Origin: an uncultured Bacteroidota bacterium | GTDB lineage: Bacteria > Bacteroidota > Bacteroidia > Chitinophagales > Chitinophagaceae | Assembly: GCA_903881585.1 (NCBI GenBank) | Contig: CAIRTW010000350.1 | Coordinates: 2,988 to 66,987, forward strand | DNA: 64,000 nucleotides | Reading direction: 5' to 3' | Part shown: one piece after another, positions 21,048 through 30,434 of the stretch | How the letters are laid out: every line of letters begins with the position of its first letter | Numbering within the stretch: the first letter of the stretch is position 1 | Notes under the pieces: model-generated | What the model saw: the letters and a program-made list of their open reading frames with translations, nothing else | Database searches by the model: none | What the model was told of the DNA's origin: nothing | Made by a program: the position numbers and the translations under genes

Positions 21048-22196
21048 CTAATGCCCAGCCACTGATTCACTCAGTTCCACATGGTCATGATCATGGTCGC
21101 CCTCTATTGCCTGCCCTATGAACACTGCCGTAAGGTTAGCAAAGATGAACGCCTGGATCACTGCTACAAGCAACTCCAGCATGAACATAAATATCGAGAA
21201 TGCCAGTGAAACAGGCACAAATCCCCAACCTACATAAGTACTCATCAGCCCAAAGATGAATATCAGGCAGATAACGCTTAGTATCACGATGTGGCCCGCA
21301 AGCATGTTTGCAAAAAGACGTATCATCAGGGCTACCGGCTTTATGAAGAGCGACATAACCTCTATCAGCACCAGCAGGCACTTTACCAGGAACGGTACAT
21401 TTGGCGGGTTAAGCAGGTGGCCCCAGAAGTGCTTGTTGCTGTTGGCCATCATTACTATAAAGGCTACCAGCGCAAGGCAGGCAGTCACCGCTATGTTGCC
21501 GGTGAAGTTAGCGCCACCGGGCAACAGGCCCAGCAGGTTGTTGATCCAGATAAAGAAGAATATGGTAAGCAACAACGGCATGAACTTAGTGTATTTATGA
21601 CCCAGGTTAGGCCGGGCCACTTCGTCGCGTATAAATATGATGATCACCTCCAAGCCATTCTGGAAACCTTTGGGTGCGCCTTTAGATTTGTATTTCTTGG
21701 CAGCAGAGGTCATGGCCCATAATAAAATGAATACACCCACCAGCATGCTCAGTACATTCTTGGTAATAGAGAAGTCATAAACCTTAGACCCATCGGTCGC
21801 CAGTATTTTTTCCTTCATCACCTTCTCTATATAAAGGCTGTCATATTTGTTGCTTAATTTCTTGCCATCTGCGTCTTTATGCCACTCTTCAAAGTGTGAA
21901 GCGGAGAACATCTTAAGCTGGCCGTGTGCATATACTATTATAGGAAGCGGGAAAGCGATTGGCTTTTCTTCTCCATTTTCTTTCTTCAGGCTGAACAGGT
22001 GCCACTCGTGCGAGTCTGACACGTGGCCAAAAACTAATTCTGTTATATTTATGCCTTTTTTCTCTTCGTGGGCAGGTGCAACGCCTTCGGCGGCGGCATT
22101 TTCATGATTTTCCGCTGCTTGCGCGAACGAAGAATTCGTGATGCCAGACAGCCCGAAAACCAATATGAATAAGGAAAGGAGACGTTTACAACTCAT
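21048..22196 (-). CDS. atpB: ATP synthase a subunit with Bacteroidota N-terminal extension
   Basis: NLLGLLP, IRLFANMLAGH, ELLVAVIQAFIF. Confidence 0.98.
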   Translation of the reverse strand: MSCKRLLSLFILVFGLSGITNSSFAQAAENHENAAAEGVAPAHEEKKGINITELVFGHVSDSHEWHLFSLKKENGEEKPIAFPLPIIVYAHGQLKMFSASHFEEWHKDADGKKLSNKYDSLYIEKVMKEKILATDGSKVYDFSITKNVLSMLVGVFILLWAMTSAAKKYKSKGAPKGFQNGLEVIIIFIRDEVARPNLGHKYTKFMPLLLTIFFFIWINNLLGLLPGGANFTGNIAVTACLALVAFIVMMANSNKHFWGHLLNPPNVPFLVKCLLVLIEVMSLFIKPVALMIRLFANMLAGHIVILSVICLIFIFGLMSTYVGWGFVPVSLAFSIFMFMLELLVAVIQAFIFANLTAVFIGQAIEGDHDHDHVELSESVAGH

Positions 22197-22216
22197 TACC
22201 GCTCTGAAATTTTGCG

Positions 22217-22224
22217 CAAAGATA
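22217..22224 (-). promoter_or_regulatory. Bacteroidota -7 promoter element of the atp operon
   Basis: TATCTTTG on minus strand 20 bp upstream of the atpB ATG. Confidence 0.65.
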
Positions 22225-22284
22225 TGAGTTTTATGTTCAAAAAAAAGTTCTTTTTGGTGGTAGCGAAGGCCTTTTTTGGTGCCG

Positions 22285-22536
22285 CTAATCGTAAATATCT
22301 TTTCTATCGCCTATGAGTAGCACAAACACAGACAGAACATTATCTTTAATGTTATATATGATACGGTAATTTCCTACCCTTACTCTATAACCTGGCCTCC
22401 CTTCTAATTTTTTACAACCAACAGGTCTAGGGTTGTCGCTCAGGCTTCTTAGCGTTTGTGTGATTTTAGAAAGGTATGGCTGAGGAATTTGAGCCAGCTG
22501 TTTTTGCGCGTAGCGCTCGATGACGACCTCGTACAT
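22285..22536 (-). CDS. relE: RelE/ParE-family toxin
   Basis: NPRPVGCKKLEG...YRVRVGNYRIIY...GDRKDIY. Confidence 0.9.
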   Translation of the reverse strand: MYEVVIERYAQKQLAQIPQPYLSKITQTLRSLSDNPRPVGCKKLEGRPGYRVRVGNYRIIYNIKDNVLSVFVLLIGDRKDIYD

Positions 22537-22742
22537 TATTTTTTCTTTTTCCGGTTATTTTCCAACTCCTTCAGTGCCTCTTCCAGCGGTATAAACTCCT
22601 GTTTCCGGCGCATTGCCTTGTCATATGCCCTGATGTCGTCGAGTTCTTCAGACTTTTCTAGTAGCTGTTCGTATTTTTTGATCGGCACTATTGCGGAATG
22701 CCTTTTGCCCTTCTCATCAATAATAAATGTGGTACCAGACAT
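22536..22742 (-). CDS. Cognate antitoxin
   Basis: 68 aa; IIDEKGK..SAIVPI..YE.L, EELDDIRAYD; 1-bp overlap with the toxin start. Confidence 0.8.
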   Translation of the reverse strand: MSGTTFIIDEKGKRHSAIVPIKKYEQLLEKSEELDDIRAYDKAMRRKQEFIPLEEALKELENNRKKKK

Positions 22743-22934
22743 AATATCAGATTTTATCTTTACACTTCAAAATGTGCTTGATCATTGCACTTTTCTATAA
22801 ACAAAATTAAAAAAGAAAAACTACAGTTCAATCCTTTGGTAATCATAAGGTGATTGAGTCCCGCGATTTAACGCATCATTCATACTTTATTTGCCACCCC
22901 GCATTATCTTTACCCCCTTATTCGCAACCGGCCA

Positions 22935-24131
22935 ATGGACATTTTAGGTAAATTCAGAAGGATCACCACAAACCAGCTCTATCTCCCCGAAATAGACGGT
23001 ATGCGGTTCCTTTCCCTTTCGCTGGTTACCCTGTTCCATATCCGCGGCTATTTCCTGGAGAAAACAGACCTTAAATTCACCGACAATCCCGGCAGCTACT
23101 ACGTGCTCAACCGGTTTTTTGTCAATTTCGACCGCAGTGTGCCGCTCTTTTTTGCCATCAGCGGCTTTATACTTTGCGTGCCATTTGCACACTACTACAT
23201 CAATCACGGCAAAAAGATAAACCTGAAGCAATACTACATACGCAGGGTTACCCGGCTTGAGCCGCCCTACTTTATAGTTATGACCTGTATTTTCCTTGCT
23301 CAGCTTGCCCTCGGCATTTATACATTCCCGGTGTTGTTTCCCCATCTGTTGGCATCACTGGGCTATTCGCACAACCTCATCTATCACCAGACGCCCTGGG
23401 TTACCGTTGTAGCCTGGACACTGGAGGTAGAGATACAATACTATATAATAGCCCCCATGCTGTTCAGGCTGCTTGTATTCCCCAAGGCCGTGCGCCGGCC
23501 CCTCATCGCGTTCCTCATCATATTCTTTGTGATGCTGCAATATTATTATCCGCCTACGTTCCTCAGTCTCTACGGCTCCATCCAGCATTTCCTCATAGGC
23601 ATTCTCATAGCCGATTTTTATGTGAGCGGGGTAGCCATCGACTTCTTCAAAAAATGGTTCATGGCGCCGGTTGCGCTGGCAGTCCTGCTGTTCATGTTCT
23701 ACATGCCCCGCTGGGATTTCACGCCCCGGCTGTCGCTGGAGATCTATGCCATTTTGCTGCCCTTCCTCATAGGCCTGCTCTACTACATCATATTGCGAAA
23801 TGAGGCCGTAAAAAAAGTGTTCAGTTGGAAGTTCATACCCGTTATTGGCGGCATGTGCTATACCACCTACCTTATTCATTACACCATCATCTCCATGCTG
23901 GGTAAGTACACTGTGCGTGTACACTTCACCAATTATTTCATCCCCAACCTGCTGCTCCAGTTTGTGCTGCTCATAGTGCCCATGCTGCTGGTTGCCTCAG
24001 TTTTCTTCCTCTACATAGAGCGGCCATTCATGTCCAAAAAATGGGTGGATAAGCTCATGGGCCGTGATAAGCATAAGGAAACTGCGAATCTGCAGTCGGA
24101 TGTGCCATCGGAGGCGAAAGCGGGAAAATAA
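22935..24131 (+). CDS. Acyltransferase-3 (OafA-like) membrane O-acyltransferase
   Basis: IDGMR, LFH, FFAISGF, RRVTRL.PPY, WTLEVEIQYY, YLIH, IERPF. Confidence 0.9.
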   Translation: MDILGKFRRITTNQLYLPEIDGMRFLSLSLVTLFHIRGYFLEKTDLKFTDNPGSYYVLNRFFVNFDRSVPLFFAISGFILCVPFAHYYINHGKKINLKQYYIRRVTRLEPPYFIVMTCIFLAQLALGIYTFPVLFPHLLASLGYSHNLIYHQTPWVTVVAWTLEVEIQYYIIAPMLFRLLVFPKAVRRPLIAFLIIFFVMLQYYYPPTFLSLYGSIQHFLIGILIADFYVSGVAIDFFKKWFMAPVALAVLLFMFYMPRWDFTPRLSLEIYAILLPFLIGLLYYIILRNEAVKKVFSWKFIPVIGGMCYTTYLIHYTIISMLGKYTVRVHFTNYFIPNLLLQFVLLIVPMLLVASVFFLYIERPFMSKKWVDKLMGRDKHKETANLQSDVPSEAKAGK

Positions 24132-24283
24132 TTGTGGATGAACCGGAAGATTAAAAATGATGAGTTGGCGAATATGGAGTCGGAGTTGAAGGGTAGTGAA
24201 TATTTTGCGCTTTCTTAAACGACACGCAGCGATTCGTTAGTCCGAGCCTCCTACAGGTATAAACACGTGCAAATCCCAGCCGA

Positions 24284-24745
24284 TTATTTACGAGCATAAT
24301 AATAATTGGCTAGTTGCTTGAAATATCTGTCGAAGAAATTCGCTCCAATGCCGAATTTCAATCCAATACATTCTGTAACAATATCAAGTATCAAATTACT
24401 TTTGTCGCGTTCTACCTTTAATAAAAACAAATCATTGTTCGACCTAGATGCAATTTCTTTCTTGCAATTATCAATAAAAATTATTGCACCTAGACAAACC
24501 GTCTCACCTTTCGCAAAACCAAAATAAGGAATTGCACTCACACCATTAAAAATGTTCATAGCACTTTGCAACTGCATTTTATTAATCGAAGCCAAAAGCA
24601 GTTGGTTTAATTTTTCGGATTTTGAAATTCTGTTTTCTATATCATGAATTTTTTTTTCACCGTATTCATATGCATATAACTTTATAAAGACCTCCATCAA
24701 TTGTGCAGAGTTAAACTCTAACAATTGTTCTCTAGTAATCATCAT
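24284..24745 (-). CDS. Hypothetical protein (AT-rich)
   Basis: 153-codon ORF in AT-rich DNA; no recognised motif. Confidence 0.55.
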   Translation of the reverse strand: MMITREQLLEFNSAQLMEVFIKLYAYEYGEKKIHDIENRISKSEKLNQLLLASINKMQLQSAMNIFNGVSAIPYFGFAKGETVCLGAIIFIDNCKKEIASRSNNDLFLLKVERDKSNLILDIVTECIGLKFGIGANFFDRYFKQLANYYYARK

Positions 24746-24851
24746 TGGCTTGGTTAATTTTGTACATATATAACATACTGTATATATTATATAATTATCA
24801 TACGTTAAGAAGAGCGGTCGAGACTGTAACGAACTGAGAATCGGCTAAAAG

Positions 24852-25043
24852 CTAAGGTATGAACACTCCACACTCGTCCGCTAACCGGCTTTTAACTGTA
24901 TTTAATGAGTCCTTCAAAAGAAACATTACACCATTGGAGTGAAGTCGGGTATTATCGCTTTCTGTGCCCTCCAATATGGCTATTAAATTTGGATTGACAT
25001 AAATCCATTTTCCATCTGCAGTTTGAAAATCTATCATTTTCAT
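24852..25043 (-). CDS. Small protein resembling FlbD/SwrD family
   Basis: MIDFQTADGKWIYVNPNLIAILE...TRL...FLLKDSLNTV matches my recollection of the FlbD pattern. Confidence 0.45.
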   Translation of the reverse strand: MKMIDFQTADGKWIYVNPNLIAILEGTESDNTRLHSNGVMFLLKDSLNTVKSRLADECGVFIP

Positions 25044-25145
25044 TGCATGTTTCGTTTCACGAATATACTAAACTTTACCAATCAGTATATAGATACTTGT
25101 TGGCACTGAAGCTAAGATTCGGTACATTGCACAAAAATCTATGTT

Positions 25146-25505
25146 ATGGCTATATATATGGAATCCGGGAATGATTTTTTGCCATTTAGCTATACTTGGC
25201 TTAGTACGACATTTACTCGGTTGTGGAATAGAAGAAAAACAATTCTTACTACACCGTCTATAATAATTTTCATGAAAGAAGTTCCCGCTGAAAATGGAGA
25301 GTTGGAAGCTAATATAAAAACGATTGTGTTTTCTGAAAATCCTGCTGATACATTAGACAAACTAGACGATAACTTTATTAAAGATGTTTCGTTTACTCTT
25401 ATTCATTGTAACATAGATGCGGAAATATCTCCTGAAGAACGAGAAAGAGCAGTGTCAAAATACAAGAAATTTATTGATGACATGGGAGAAGTCTACTTTA
25501 ATTAG
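25146..25505 (+). CDS. Hypothetical acidic protein (true start may be MKEVPA at 25272)
   Basis: AT-rich ORF with an acidic C-terminal half. Confidence 0.4.
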   Translation: MAIYMESGNDFLPFSYTWLSTTFTRLWNRRKTILTTPSIIIFMKEVPAENGELEANIKTIVFSENPADTLDKLDDNFIKDVSFTLIHCNIDAEISPEERERAVSKYKKFIDDMGEVYFN

Positions 25506-25510
25506 AAGCT

Positions 25511-26039
25511 TACGTCCTCGGCGAGTCTCCGCCCTTCAGCGGGACTCGCCGATACCCGCGCTTGGGTTGCCTTGTAGGATCACAATATTCTGTTTGCGTG
25601 CTTGCTATTGCCGTAAGCCTCTCCACTAATCCAAGCGTCTCGCTTGGTCTCAAAATGTGCAAGCGTCTCGCTTGCTACTCCATAACTTTTACCTCCCAGT
25701 TGCTTGTAGTGTTCCAAAAAATAAAAGGATCAACGCGATCGTTGGGCGTAGGCTGCGCCTACGTCCTCACGGCTGCCGGTCTCTGACTGGCGAGGATTGT
25801 TACGTAAGTCGTAGTCGAATAAACCCTGCGCTCTTGGCAGGATACAGACAATTTGACAAGATATCCACAAAATAGTGATCGTTTCATTTTTCCTTCAGAC
25901 CTTTATGCCCAAAAACCAACGTTTTGGAACGTACAGACGTTGTACTGCAACGTCTCAAACATGCCGAAGGGTAAATTCAAATCAGGATTACCGCACCCCG
26001 CTGTACTGATTATTCAGGATTAATCCCGCATCTGCGGGA
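25511..26039. repeat. Cluster of REP-like palindromes
   Basis: TCGGCGAGTC..GACTCGCCGA (25518-25552), CAAGCGTCTCGCTTG x2 (within 25631-25647 and 25659-25675), CGTAGGC..GCCTACG (25747), AGACGTTG..CAACGTCT (25935), TCCCGCA..TGCGGGA (26024). Confidence 0.7.
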
Positions 26040-26097
26040 GCATGTAAGGAAAAAACAGGATTATCTAACCCATGTGTAAGGCGATTTCAGGACGTGA

Positions 26098-26252
26098 CAA
26101 GCAAAAAGTGAGCAACTTTTGAGCAAGAAGTGAGCAAAAAATGAGCAACTTTTGAGCAACTTTATAGCTCTTTTTCCATCTAAAGTATTCACAATCAATA
26201 CAAATGTGAGCAATAAAAGTGAGCAATAAAATATTTTTAGAGAATTGAGCAA
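26098..26252 (+). repeat. 11-bp-period TGAGCAA direct-repeat array
   Basis: AGCAA at 26100, 26111, 26122, 26133, 26144, 26155, then 26209, 26222, 26248. Confidence 0.9.
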
Positions 26253-26293
26253 TTCTTCATTGTTTTCCATCGTGACTCGGCCGCTTGTATATG

Positions 26294-26830
26294 CTAATAA
26301 TGCAACGGATATCCAACAAATCGCCCATACGCATCTGCGGCACAGCCGAATTCCTGGTCATAACTACAGATCAGTAACGGGATATTGCCGTTTGAACCCG
26401 TAAATGCAGAATCACTGAAAAATGCGGCTGTTGTACTAAGGTTTAGCGTGTAATTGTCAAAATAAGTCAGTTTTGTCTGCGGGTTGACCGTCTCATAGTA
26501 AAATAGATAGTTTGCGGCGAGGATATCAATATTGTCAAGTACTACGACAAAAGATCTCCTTTCAGGACCAAATGAATTGCTATATACCACAACACTGTCA
26601 GTCTTTAGATACGCTATCATTACCGTGTCATAATGAAAAATACCGTTAGAGGATTGCTGGTAAAAGGTATCGGTATGTGCGCTGGCAGTAAGAGCAATAT
26701 TGGTAGCAAGGATCGAATCAATTTTTGTAGGATTTACAACCCGCTTTACACTTTCCTCCTTTTTGCATCCAGAAAAAAAGGCAACAAACAACACAACGAC
26801 AGTGCAAAGAAGCCTTAAAGGGTTTTTCAT
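26294..26830 (-). CDS. Hypothetical lipoprotein
   Basis: Signal with lipobox FFSGC followed by KKEE. Confidence 0.65.
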   Translation of the reverse strand: MKNPLRLLCTVVVLFVAFFSGCKKEESVKRVVNPTKIDSILATNIALTASAHTDTFYQQSSNGIFHYDTVMIAYLKTDSVVVYSNSFGPERRSFVVVLDNIDILAANYLFYYETVNPQTKLTYFDNYTLNLSTTAAFFSDSAFTGSNGNIPLLICSYDQEFGCAADAYGRFVGYPLHY

Positions 26831-26920
26831 GCAGATATAACGATTTATTTTAAAAGTTATTGTTTCCTTGCTATCGCCCTAAGCCTCCTGAAGCACAACT
26901 GCAAACCGCCGACTGTAAAC

Positions 26921-28405
26921 TCACCCCCTTACACTCTGCGGATGCCGGATATTGTCATTGGGGTCATATTTTCGTTTTATGGCCTGCAGGCGGGGGTAGT
27001 TGTCGCCATAGTAGGCATGTTCCCAATTGCTGAATTCAGTGCTGCAGTAGTTCACATACTGGCGGGCAATGCCGTGCTGCTCTATGATCTTCAGTATCTG
27101 GCTGGTGGCATCGGCCTGGCGGCTGTCTTGCGAGGGGGCGCTGGCATAGGCCTGCAGCTCCGACACAAAGTCGTAAGCCCGGTGCGGGTAGGAGGATAGC
27201 TTTTCTGCTGCGGCATCGTTTATTTTTCCGCCCAGGGTGTTCACCTGGTATATCATGCCCGGCGTAGCGATCACCTTTTCGAAGATATCTTTGATAAATG
27301 GCGCCACATCGGTATAGCCTTTAAAGAATCCCGCCGACGAGTTGCGGAAATAGAGTGGCTTGCCCACACCATAATAGTTTCGCAGCATGCGCTGCAGTGT
27401 GCCGGTATGGCTGCTGCGGAATTCATCGACTACAGCCGCCAGTTTTTTCAGCAGCTGCGGCAGTTGTTCGTTTTCCGGCTCATAGTTGGTAATGAGGATG
27501 TTGAGCGTGCCCCCATTGAGCACATAACCGGAAAAGCAGGAGTCGGGCAGTTGCGGGGCCAGTTCCATCCACGTCTGCAGTATGGACGCTGCACGATCCG
27601 GCGTGAGTTTCCGGGCCTTGAAGTAGTGGGCCTGTAATGTGGGCGGTGCAGGGTGCGTGGTAAATGTCATTTCGGTCACAATGCCGAAGTTACCAGTGCC
27701 GCCGCCTTTCAGCGCCCACATCAGTTCGGCATCATCCTTAGTGGAGTGGATATTGCCGTTGCCATCCACCATGGTGGCCTCAACAAGGTGGTCGCAGGTA
27801 AGCCCGAATTTGCGCGCGCAAATGCCGTAACCACCGCCCAGCGTTAGGCCGCCAATGGCAACAGTGGCGCATGAACCTGCTGGCAGCAGGCGGCCGTGAG
27901 GCAGTATCGTATCATACAGATCGCTGATGGTGCAGCCCGGCCCTACCTTGATCTTACTATCATGGAGCAGCTCCACCGCATCCATTTTGGAGAGGTTGAT
28001 GACCATGCCGCCATCGTTGCACGAAAAACCCTCCATGCTGTGCCCGCCGCTCTTGACGGCTATGGGCAGGCCTTTATCATGGGCGTAGCGCACAGCGGCA
28101 GCCACTTCGGCCGTGGAGGTGCACAGCGCAATAAGCTTTGGGCGCTTATCAATACGCTTATTAAAGCCCGCCCGGAGGGCATTGTAGCGGGGATCGTTCT
28201 TATCAACAAGGTCTATGTGTGCGGATGGTGAATCTCCATGAGCCGGTTTTTCAGGAACAGCAGCGCCAGCAGCGGTTTTCGCAGGCTTGCTCTTGTCGTT
28301 GTTCAGTCCGCAGGCAGAAAGATAGAACGCTGCGCCGGCGGCGGTGGTGAGCTTGATGAAATCTTTGCGGGTGTATTGTTTCACTTTCAGGAGGATGAGC
28401 GCCAT
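26921..28405 (-). CDS. FAD-linked oxidase, berberine-bridge-enzyme family
   Basis: KSGGHS, GSCATV.IGG.TLGGG, C-terminal YVNY and YGDNYPRLQAIKRKYDP. Confidence 0.9.
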   Translation of the reverse strand: MALILLKVKQYTRKDFIKLTTAAGAAFYLSACGLNNDKSKPAKTAAGAAVPEKPAHGDSPSAHIDLVDKNDPRYNALRAGFNKRIDKRPKLIALCTSTAEVAAAVRYAHDKGLPIAVKSGGHSMEGFSCNDGGMVINLSKMDAVELLHDSKIKVGPGCTISDLYDTILPHGRLLPAGSCATVAIGGLTLGGGYGICARKFGLTCDHLVEATMVDGNGNIHSTKDDAELMWALKGGGTGNFGIVTEMTFTTHPAPPTLQAHYFKARKLTPDRAASILQTWMELAPQLPDSCFSGYVLNGGTLNILITNYEPENEQLPQLLKKLAAVVDEFRSSHTGTLQRMLRNYYGVGKPLYFRNSSAGFFKGYTDVAPFIKDIFEKVIATPGMIYQVNTLGGKINDAAAEKLSSYPHRAYDFVSELQAYASAPSQDSRQADATSQILKIIEQHGIARQYVNYCSTEFSNWEHAYYGDNYPRLQAIKRKYDPNDNIRHPQSVRG

Positions 28406-28545
28406 AAAGTTAGTGATTAGCCACTCACTATTATTATTTTTATCATACTGCTATGCAGCCGCAGCATTTGTGGAATTCTCATGAAAATCCTTTGATCAGT
28501 CCCGATAGTGATCGGGAAAGGTTCAGAATTTTCCGCAAAGATTTG

Positions 28546-28553
28546 TATCTTTG
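28546..28553 (+). promoter_or_regulatory. Bacteroidota -7 promoter element of pyrG
   Basis: TATCTTTG about 75 bp upstream of the ATG. Confidence 0.6.
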
Positions 28554-28616
28554 TGTGACCGCAACAGTTTCCTCTTTCATTTATTCAGAATATCAGGGCT
28601 GCGCACCGGTCTTTAA

Positions 28617-30278
<1,662 letters not shown>

Positions 30279-30434
30279 CTTGGGTTTCATACAAAGGCGT
30301 ACAGAGGTTTTCGCGCAAGTGTGCAAAAAAGGTTTCGCACAAAGTCGCAAAGCCCGCAGTGCCCTCATTTCGTTTTTAAGACCGCCCGCCCACCTGTCGG
30401 AGGGGCTATAGCAGCTGCATAACAAAGCACTACC

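Noticed and set aside
24138-24218. 26-codon ORF MNRKIKNDELANMESELKGSEYFALS
   Set aside because: Too short to support; at best a gene remnant.
24132-25510. Integron cassette array
   Set aside because: ORFs are in mixed orientation, no repeated attC-type RYYYAAC/GTTRRRY structure was found, and there is no integrase.
26098-26252. Possible CRISPR array
   Set aside because: Repeat core is 7 bp with 4-bp spacers; no cas genes in the window.
26061-26270. 69-aa ORF with LLKSCS repeats
   Set aside because: It is the translation of the 11-bp DNA array; the period is not a multiple of 3.
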